NCBI GenBank assembly: GCA_004431415.1
Contig: QPMI01000166.1
Location: 1-64,000, forward strand
Direction: 5' to 3'
Source of the DNA: Cyanophora paradoxa CCMP329
Lineage: Eukaryota > Plantae > Glaucophyta
Length of the DNA stretch: 64,000 nucleotides
The first letter of the stretch is position 1. The number at the start of each line of letters is the position of its first letter. Below the pieces are notes generated by a model. The model made no database searches. It was not told where the DNA came from and saw only the letters and a program-made list of their open reading frames with translations. A program made the position numbers and the translations under genes. Positions 57,508-64,000 of this stretch are shown here, piece after piece.

Positions 57508-58501
57508 TCACGCGTGCCGGCCATTCTGCTTGCCCGCCTCCTCCCCCTCCTCCTCGTCCTCCTCCTCGGCGTCCGCGTACCGGTCATCCAGGCTCATCTT
57601 CCCGAGCTGCTCGACCCGGTGAGGCGCGATCGCGAGGGAGCCGCCGGGCTTTCTCCGCTCGAGCGAGCGAACCTCCTGTGCGTTGGGGTCGGCGGCGAGC
57701 AGCGCGTCGTACTGCGCCAGCCGCGCGGCGCCATCCGGGTTGTTCGCGATCCCCGCCATCACCTCCGCCTCGTCGTAGAAAAAGTCGCCCTCGTCCTCTG
57801 CCGGCGCCGCGCGCTCGCCCCGCGCCGCGGCGACGAGCGAGCCGGCGAGCGCACCGTCCACGGGGTCGGGATTCAGCGCCGCGCAGTCACAGAAGGCCGC
57901 GTACAGGCGGTCCACTGCATGCCGGCATCAGCGGGCGGCCTGGCAAGCGTGTGGGAAGCTCGCCTTGTCCGGGGTCCTCGGGCGCGTAGCGGACCTCCGG
58001 CACGGGCTCCGGCATCTCCTCATCCTCGCCATCCTCATCCTCCGCCCGCGACGCCTGCGCGTCCACAAGGGCCCAGGCGAGTCAGACAGCTGTGGAGCGG
58101 GCGGCGGCGACGTGGACGTCGGCAAAGCGGGCGGCGGGGCGCACGCCGGTGTACGGAACCTCAGGTCCATCGAGTTGGCAGTAGATGCACGGCTTCGGGA
58201 AGCCCGCAGGGTCGCGGGAGATCGCATGCAGAGCGATGAATGGGAAATCGACGCCGTGGCCCTTCTGCGGGTCCTCATCGGAGAGCCAGAACACGTTCCT
58301 GCAAGGAAATGGGCGGACAGCACACGACGCGTGCCGGCAGGGCGCCGCGGACCTTGTTGTCACGTAGAGCGTTCCCATTCCTTGCCGGTCGTTGCCGAAG
58401 AACGCTTCGACACGGCTCTGTGCGAGTCTGATCTCCTCGCCCTCCTCCGTCAGCACCGGGCGGCCATCTGCGCCGCGCTCCGGGTTCTGCACGAGCGGCA
58501 T
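57508..58501 (-). CDS. CLNS1A: Methylosome subunit pICln
   Basis: GTLYVTTRNVFWLS, VDFPFIALHAISRD..FPKPCIYCQLD, acidic tract, EVRYAP, LYAAFCDCAALNPDP. Confidence 0.93.
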
Positions 58502-58740
58502 GATCCTGTCGCTGGACGCGCTGCTTGACTACTTGACGACCTTCTAGCTCAGCGACGGAGGCGATAGGCGGTTTGGCTCAGGATCAGAAGCGCGGATTGC
58601 GGTCGAAGGCGGGGTACACAGCCGACTCAACAGCTTGCTGGCTTTGAACTCCTGCCAGCCGCCGCGGCAGCCAAGCGAGATAGCACATCATCAGCGTCCT
58701 CGAGAGAGACACAGCGCACGTGCCCAGCGCGCCTTGAGCG

Positions 58741-60912
58741 ATGAGGGCGTCGCGGGGCGGAGTCGCAGCTCCGCGCTCCGTGGAAGCGGATCTGCAGATT
58801 CTTTACTCCAAAAGAAAGCTGGAGCTGCAACGAACGCTGCTGCGAGCGCGTCAGGGGCGCGTGGGCAGCAAGGACATTCCGCCGCCCACCTACGTTCCTT
58901 GTGCGCCCCCTCTGCCTACGCGCTTTCTTGCGTAACCTCTCATCGCTGCGATCAGATGTCAGCCCTGCGCGGGTCGCCGGCGCCCAGGCGTCCAGGCGGC
59001 AGCAGCGCTACCTCTCTGCAGATTCTGATACTTCGTTCGAGGAGCACGTCGATGGCTCTGCGCGGAGGCCTGTACGAAAAGCGGGCGGGCTCTTATCGAC
59101 CACGACGACATCGCCTGCAGATCCAAAGGAGGCGCTGCCGCGCACTTTGGACGCCCTGGATGTGGACGACTGCTCGGACGACGACGAGCGGCGCTTTCAG
59201 TCACTGCTTGCAAAGCACGAGATGAGCCTTGCTACGGTGGCGAACAACGTGAGCGCGCAAGAAGAGAGCGTCGCGGCCAAGCCGCCGCCATCCGACAAGC
59301 AGACGTGCGCGTCTCTCCAGAATGGGGCCATCCATAGACACTCACTCACTCCGTGTCGCAGCACCCCCGTCATCGTTCGCGCTACCGCTCTCGCGCCCCG
59401 CGCCGCACGCACGGCTGCGGGGGACGAGGACCAGGAAGCCTCGAAGTTGGCGACGCAGGGCGCGCTCCTGAACACGTTCGATGTCTCCTACATCAGCCTT
59501 GCGACGCCTAGCCCTTCGACGCGGTGCGACCGCTCTCGCGCCGCCCCGCGCGGCGCGGCGCGCCTCACGGGCGGCAGGATGACGAGCCTGCTGGCGGCGG
59601 TGGAGGTCGGAGGGGGCGGGCAGGGGCAGCGGGAGGACCTGGGGAGCGCGGTACAGAGGCTCCTGCAGCAGTTCTCGCCGGCGGCGCGGCCCACCGCGAG
59701 CCCCGCCGCCTCCCGCGTCGTCGCCTTCGGAGAGGTGAGGGCGCCCCTCCGCCGCCCGCCCGCCCTCCCCCCCCAATCCGAGCGGGCGCGGCGCGCAGCC
59801 GTCGGCGCTGGAGGGGTCCCCCTCGGGCGCGGGGGCCGAGGAGTCGGCCGCCTCGTCCTTGCACGCGCACGCCCCCGGCGCCTCCGTATACGAGGCCCTC
59901 GGCGTCTCCTCGCTCAGCGCTGCCGCGCTTCTCGGGCCCGAGCCGGAGTCCGACGCCGAGCCCGGCGCCGCCGACGCGGCGGCGCGGGGCGGCGAGGCAC
60001 CGCAGTGCGCGCAGGAGTGCGAGACGGAGAGCGGCGGGGCGGCGGGCGCGCACCCGCCGGCGCAGCCGCCGACCGAGTCGCCCAAGGGGAGCGACGAGGA
60101 GCCCGGCGGGCCCGCCACGCTTTCCCCTCCGGGCCTGGGCCCGGCCCCCGACCGGGCCCGGCCCCTCCGATCGGGCGCCGTGGACCCCCTCTCGCGGGCC
60201 CTGCCGGACGTGCGGGGCCATCCTTCGCCGGCCGCGCTCGCACCGACACCGCCAGCCGGCCGCCAGCCGCCGCCGCCGCCGCCTCGCGGCCCACTCCGCC
60301 GGTCGAGCGGCGCCTGGACATGGGGGCACCCCGCCGGGGCCCTCGGGCGCCGCCGCCGGCACGCCGCCGTCGCCGGCGGCCGGCGACCAGGACGCCCTGC
60401 GGCTGGAGCGAGCCCTCGAGGAGCTGCGCGCCGAGCGCCGCCGCCGCGTCGCCGCCGAGGAGGAGGCGCGCCCTCGCCCTACGCGCGCCCCCGCCCGCGC
60501 GCGCCTCACGCCCCGCCCCGCGCGCAGGCGGCCGCCCTTGCGCGGGAGAACGAGGCGCTGCGGGCCGAGCTCGCCCAGCTTCGGCAGAGGCAGCCGCTCC
60601 CCGGTGCGGCGCCCTGCCCGCTGCCCTCGACCTTCGGCCCCTCACGCCCGCCGCAGCGCGCGCGGGGCGCCGGCGCAGGCGGTGCAGGCCGTCGCCGCCA
60701 AGCTGCTGGCCGCCCGCCGGGCCGTCTCCGAGCTCGCGCGGCAGACGGGCGCCGAGCCAGCCGCCGCCGCCGGCTCGTCCCTCGGGGCCTCCTGCAGCCC
60801 GCTGGCCCTCTCCGGCTCCCCGCAGGCCACCTCGCCCCTCTCCCCCGCCAGCGCCGGCCGCACCCCCGAGACCGCTGTCGCCCCGCGCTTCCGCCCCTCC
60901 GCCTCCCTCTGA
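58741..60912 (+). CDS. Hypothetical, largely disordered protein with C-terminal coiled coil
   Basis: MRASRGGVAAPRSVEADLQILYSKRKLELQRTLL; acidic DVDDCSDDDERRFQSLLAKHE; LERALEELRAERRRRVAAEEE..LARENEALRAELAQLR; consistent splice sites. Confidence 0.6.
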
Positions 60913-61006
60913 TAGATCGATGTCCGACGGTCCCCCGCGCGCGATCGAGCCCCGCCGCCCCCGGGGGCCTAGCTGCAAGCCTGCAACGGGTCGTTCGGCG
61001 GATTCG

Positions 61007-61028
61007 GATTTCGAAAAAATTCGAAATC
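61007..61028. repeat. Perfect 9-bp inverted repeat with A4 loop in an intergenic spacer
   Basis: GATTTCGAA-AAAA-TTCGAAATC. Confidence 0.8.
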
Positions 61029-61522
61029 GGCAGTCGACCAGCACTGACTCGCCACTGAGCCGCTGAGCCGCTGAGCGCCGCCGCCGCGCCGGGTCGGCCA
61101 CACCGCTCGGGTCGGCGGCCTGCCGAGCCGCTGAGCGCCGTCGCTGCGCCGGCCTACCGGTAGGCTGTAGCTCGCGGGCCGGGAGTCGCGACGTCGACCT
61201 CGCGATCGCTGCATGTGTTCTAGCCTCTAGGCTTCTAGCTTTCATGTTCGAATTTCTGCATTGATATCGATCGCGATCGCTTCAGATCTTGTTTTTTTGC
61301 TACGTATACGTGGAAAGCCAACTTTGGTTCGTGTAGATCTGTACCCCGGCGCCGGCTGGCTCAGACAGCTGCAGCACCTGCGAGCTTGCGCGCGCTGAGA
61401 TCTCGCCTCAAAGAGCACCGGTGCGCTACGTCTGATGACAGTCCAGCGCACTAGGCAAGGCATTTATGATAGGCGCTGAAGCTCTGGCGCGCCGCAGCGC
61501 TGAGCGGGAACGAAGCGAGGCC

Positions 61523-64000
61523 ATGGTGCGGGCCACCAGGAAACGGGTGGTCCTGGCCGCGGTTCTGCTTCTGATATGCTCAAATCTCGCACATGCCGCC
61601 GGTTCGAACGACTTTCGTGCTTAGCCGGGGCCTCTCCGAAGCCAATTGGTCAATGCAGGGCCGAGCGGTTTCTTGGACCTGCTTCGGGGCCGCAACCCGG
61701 ACCGGGCTGTACAAAGCCCGACTTCTCGGTCCCTGTTGGTGCGTTCCTAATCGCCAGGGGCGACCCCTGTGGCCCGGCCGCTCACCGCGCCCGCCTGCAG
61801 CAAACATCGAACCTTCCGAACGAGACCGACTGGTGGATGAGCTGGCAGGATGTGCGTTTATTAACACTTGTTAGGCGCGGTTCCTGCGGCTCATTGCGCG
61901 CAGGCCTACCGGTCGACCGCCAGCGACGCCGATGAGACCTCCGCGCTCGTCTGCGACAAGTCCTGGGTGTCCTCCGGGTCGTCGGTGCACTGCACGTTCT
62001 TCCCAAGGCGAGCTCCCCGCTCTGCGCCGGCCGCGTCAGCCTGACCCTCGCGGCACCGCAGGAAGTGCAACGCGCCCATCGACGCGGAGCCGCAGGGGTG
62101 AGGGCACCGATCCGCGTCGCACTGCGCGTGCGCGCCTGACTCGGCGGCAGCTTCATCGCGGTGTTCTCCCACGCGGAGGCGCCACGGATGGTCTTCTTCG
62201 GCGGCGACGTCGCAGACCGCTTCGACTTCACGTTGGAGCTGCAGGACGTCGTCGCCGGCGGCGAGCTCTCCGTCAGGCGCTCCACGGACGCCGGCGGCCC
62301 CCGCGTCGGCAACTCGCTCCAGATCGCCGTCGCCGGTGCGCGGCGCCCCCGCCGGCCCCCGCGCCCTCCGACCACGCAGGCGCCCACCGCTCCGCGCAGG
62401 CGTTCCGGACGAGACGTCGTCCCTGGACTGCGGCTCGTCCGTGCGCCAGCGGAACGGGATCTTCACCTGCAGTGCGCACCCGCCCCGCCTCCAGAAGCGC
62501 CGTCGCCGGCGCGGGCCAACACGGCCGCGCAGCCTACTATCCGCGCTTGTGCGGCAAGTCAGTGTCGGTGGCGCTCTCGTCGCTGGTCCTGAGCCCGGAG
62601 AACGGCCAGGTGACGCTGACCGCGGAGGGGGAGCTGTCGGACCCGCAGCGCGGCGTCCCCTTCATCTTCTCCCCCGGCAGCGACTCCGGGCCGGCGAGCC
62701 TCTCCGTGATGGCTGGCGACGTCGAGACGCGGGCCGAGTTCACTTTCGTGGGTGCGCCCTTGCGCCGGGCCGGCCGGCCGGTTTCTGCCCGCTGAGTGGG
62801 CGCGCCCTCGCGCAGCTCGCCCCGCCGCCGCGACGATCGACTGCCGCGGGATGCTGGCCGTGCCGGGCGCGCCGCTCTCCTGCTCGGTCTCCTTCTTCCA
62901 GGACGAGGCCAGGACGCAGCCGGTCTACGTCGCCGCCCCGGGCGCCGACGGGCCCCTGCCAGTGGACATCATCGCGAGCGGCGGCTCGCTGGCGGCGTCG
63001 TTCCCCGACGCCTTCCGGAGCGCCAGCTTCCAGTTCACTGGCGCGGTGGAATCGGTCGGCTACTTGATCGAGGTCTACAACGACCAGGGCCAGCTGCTCG
63101 GATCCCTCCAGATCCCCCGCGGCTCGGCGCCGCCCCCGCTGTCCGCCCAGCCCAGCCCGCTCCACTTCGGCGACGTCTTCCGCGGCTTCCCCGCCGTCCG
63201 GGTACGGCCGCGCCCGGCCCCTTGACCCCGATGCGTGGCCTGAAGCCCTGCCCGCGCAGTCGCTGAACGTGACCAACACGGGCTCATCGGTCGCGACGTA
63301 CAACCTCACCATCAGCTGGGCCGTGGTCGTCCCGTACGGCGCGGTCTCCGTCGAGTTCAACCCCAAGAGCATCACCCTCGGCCCCTCCGATCAGATCGAG
63401 GTCTCCGTCGTCCTCGTCGCCTTGGAAGGCACCCCCGCTGAGCCCTTCTCGCTACTCGCGTCCGTCTACGCGATGCCCCTCGACGGGATGAGCCCGCTGT
63501 TCGTCTCCTCCATAGACGCGACCCTGCGGCAGGCTGTGTCTCTGCGGGACCCGCGCGCCATCGAGACGGCCATCTTCCGTCCCGTCGCCCTCACCGCCCA
63601 GATCGGTCGCCTGCACAACGAGCTGCCGAACCCCCTCGAGCTCGACGTCGCCGGCCTGCCTCCGGGCGTCAGCGTGAACCCGCCGCCGCCGGCGACCCTC
63701 GCAGCCGGCGCCTCCTGGGACGTCAACATCACTTTCGACTCGTCGGCGATGCTCCAGGCAGGCCGCCCTGACAGCAAGCCCCTCGTCTACGTGCGCGGCT
63801 ACCAGGGCGACCCTCGCCGTGTCCTCTTCTTGTTCAATGTCTCGTCCATCAACGTCGAGCCGCGCACGCCCGCCGTGGAGCCGACGTACAACGACCTGCG
63901 CTTCATCTTCTCTAACGTGAATGCGACCAGCAAGATCTTCAACATTCGTGGCAACTTCCCCGCGTTCCCTCCAGTGGATCCCTCAAGCCAGCCGCTTGCC
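61523..64000 (+). CDS. Large secreted/surface protein with Cys-paired repeats and Ig-like beta-rich domains (runs off window end)
   Basis: Signal peptide MVRATRKRVVLAAVLLLICSNLAHA; RSLLQ; repeats DETSALVCDK..VHCTFFPR, DETSSLDCGS..IFTC, TIDCRG..LSCSVSF; then LNVTNTGSSVATYNL..VEFNPKSITLGP and LELDVAGLPPGVSV. Confidence 0.72.

Overview
Eukaryotic nuclear DNA from a very GC-rich, gene-dense genome with many short introns (mostly ~45-90 nt). It is an alga or protist; an archaeplastid such as a glaucophyte fits, but the lineage cannot be proven from this window. The supplied six-frame ORFs are mostly GC-driven artefacts, so I rebuilt about 24 spliced genes by eye. Recognisable genes: Bax-inhibitor-1/TMBIM, PLOD-type glycosyltransferase, bacterial-type TGT, REV1, CWF19L1, a chymotrypsin-fold protease with Cys at the nucleophile position, MED31, an IRE/Rim15/MAST-like kinase, a TSPO-like protein, katanin p80, ERGIC3, a membrane class I phosphodiesterase, a TPR-MYND protein, syntaxin-18, Aladin and pICln. 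The rest are orphan or repeat proteins. I found no rRNA, tRNA, CRISPR array or autonomous mobile element. Several genes carry single-base indels in homopolymer runs, most likely assembly errors, so the CDS spans include introns and some ends are approximate. Most interesting signals: (1) very frequent GC-AG introns with degenerate donors, and acceptors where a G-rich tract replaces the polypyrimidine tract; (2) long intergenic spacers built from chains of overlapping short palindromes, three of which share a TGRMACCGTGGCAC motif; (3) a probably mitochondrial 3C-like Cys protease; (4) an organelle-targeted, preQ1-type bacterial TGT.
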